A DNA stretch of 64,000 nt from Verrucomicrobia bacterium ADurb.Bin006 (GTDB lineage Bacteria > Verrucomicrobiota > Verrucomicrobiia > Limisphaerales > J093), in contig MWFF01000197.1 in assembly GCA_002071485.1 (NCBI GenBank), forward strand, positions 31,424 to 95,423. Reading direction: 5' to 3'. Under the pieces are notes generated by a model, which made no database searches, had not been told where the DNA came from, and saw only the letters and a program-made list of their open reading frames with translations. Positions within the stretch are counted from its first letter, which is position 1. Every line of letters starts with the position of its first letter. Positions 62,935-64,000 of this stretch are shown in pieces. The translations under genes were made by a program, and so were the position numbers.

Positions 62935-63849
62935 TCAGGGCGCGGGAGCCTTGTTCTGGCCCGAATGGCCTCGGGCGAGGAACTCACCCAGTTCGGTCAG
63001 GCCAGGAACAACGAGATCGGGCGGCGGTTGAGCCGCGGCGGCCTGGTCAGCCGTTGTCTCGCCAGTCAGCACCAGCACGCCGAAGGCGCCGGCGCGGCGG
63101 GCCATTTCGACATCGGTGTAAAGCCGGTCGCCGACCATCGCGAGTTGGTCGGCGCGGAGGCGGTGGCGCCGGAGAATGCCGCCGAGCATCGCTGGATCGG
63201 GTTTGCCCATGACGGCGGTTGGGGATTTGCCGGTGGCGGTGGACAGGGCCGCGCAGATCGAGCCGCAATCCACAAGGACCGTCGGCGCGCCGGTGGGGCA
63301 GACGCGGTCAGGATTGGTGGCGAACCAGGGGCGGCCCTGGGCGATCCACCAGGCGGCCCGACAGAGCCGGGGATAGGTGAGGGTCAAATCGAAGCCGACC
63401 AGCACGGCGTCGACGCGTGCGTCCGGATCGTCGGGGACGAGCTGAAATCCGGCGTCGGCGATCTCGGCGCACATGCTCTCTGTTCCCAAGACGAACAGCC
63501 GCCGGACCTGAGGCCATCGGGTCTGGATGTACTCGATGGTGGCTTGGGTGGATGTGTGGAGTTGGCCGGGGTCGACGGGAACGCCAAGGTCGGCAAGGCG
63601 CCGTGTATAGTCGACGAGGCTCTTGGACGGATTGTTAGTGAGGAACGTGTAGCCGATGCCCAACCGCTTCAGCAGATCGAGAAAAGGAAGGGTTGTGTCG
63701 AAGAGCGTGTTCCCTCGATAGATCGTGCCATCCATATCGAGGGCCAAATGGCGGACCGCACGCACACGCGCGAGATCGGGAGGTTGCCGGCCCTGTTGCG
63801 GTATGCGAGGCGATGACATCCGTTGCTTTACGACCTGCTCAGTGAACAT
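62935..63849 (-). CDS. HAD-IIA family sugar-phosphate phosphatase (NagD-like)
   Basis: LALDMDGTIYRGNTLFDTTLPFLDLLKRLGIGYTFLTNNPSKS (DxDGT motif I and the TNN motif), ...VMGKPDP..., ...MVGDRLYTDVEMA (motif IV). Confidence 0.85.
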   Translation of the reverse strand: MFTEQVVKQRMSSPRIPQQGRQPPDLARVRAVRHLALDMDGTIYRGNTLFDTTLPFLDLLKRLGIGYTFLTNNPSKSLVDYTRRLADLGVPVDPGQLHTSTQATIEYIQTRWPQVRRLFVLGTESMCAEIADAGFQLVPDDPDARVDAVLVGFDLTLTYPRLCRAAWWIAQGRPWFATNPDRVCPTGAPTVLVDCGSICAALSTATGKSPTAVMGKPDPAMLGGILRRHRLRADQLAMVGDRLYTDVEMARRAGAFGVLVLTGETTADQAAAAQPPPDLVVPGLTELGEFLARGHSGQNKAPAP

Positions 63850-63867
63850 GAACCGGGCGCCGCAAGA

Positions 63868-63997
63868 GGCGCGACGTCCTCGTCGCCCGCGAACACCCTG
63901 CCCAACTCCTTCTGCCGTGGACGAGACGTCTCCGCCCCGGACGGTTCATGGAAAGCGTTGACATTCAACGATTGAATGCGCATGGAGACCATGAACC
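63868..63997. repeat. Composite structured intergenic repeat, copy R4 (may continue past the window end)
   Basis: GGCGCGACG-TCCT-CGTCGCCC (63868-63888), then ..CCAACTCCTT.., then GGACGAGACGTCTCC. Core GGTTCATGGAAAGCGTTGACATTCAACGATTGAATGCGCATGGAGACCATGAACC (63943-63997). The order and orientation match copy R3. Confidence 0.65.
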
Positions 63998-64000
63998 AAA

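Noticed and set aside
60783-63816. Plus-strand ORFs 60783..62420 (545 aa) and 62878..63816 (312 aa)
   Set aside because: They are antisense to the Ig giant and the HAD-IIA phosphatase respectively and carry no motifs.

Overview
This is a visibly GC-rich bacterial chromosomal segment. Its protein repertoire points to a Verrucomicrobiota-like (PVC) organism, which is an inference from family content only: many 'FTLIELL' prepilin-like proteins including an H-X9-DG type, a PEP-CTERM protein, three DUF1080 proteins, a CotH+lamin-tail giant, and Ig/LamG giants. I can support about 40 genes. Housekeeping genes: GT9 heptosyltransferase, truA, trmL, tRNA-Val(UAC), dnaE-family polymerase, lhgO, HAD-IIA phosphatase, and an OmpR/HK pair. 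Glycan-utilisation block (38-51 kb): Tat-DUF362, DUF1080, GH26-like, a 1691-aa tandem GH127-like enzyme, an M24 peptidase and a Tat-Gfo/Idh/MocA oxidoreductase. Giant secreted proteins: CotH/LTD 1668 aa, S8 subtilase/LamG 2823 aa, Ig/CBM 1231 aa. Most interesting locus (14.4-32.9 kb, minus strand): a co-oriented run of six pseudopilin-like genes in G, G, H, I, J, giant-K order. The last four are translationally coupled. The window contains no secretion ATPase, platform protein, secretin or prepilin peptidase. The run is preceded by a BrnT/BrnA toxin-antitoxin pair with its own promoter and operator, and followed after 39 nt by the 2823-aa S8/LamG gene. Other notable items: a decayed type I R-M island abutting the 3' end of tRNA-Val, interleaved with four-helix-bundle (23S-IVS/Avd-like) genes; a structured intergenic repeat family with at least four copies; a C-terminal module ending in aromatic-Y/F-R-hydrophobic shared by all three giants; and a probable frameshifted gene. 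The many long ORFs antisense to real genes are treated as GC-driven shadow ORFs. All family assignments come from motifs I recognise by eye. No database search was run.
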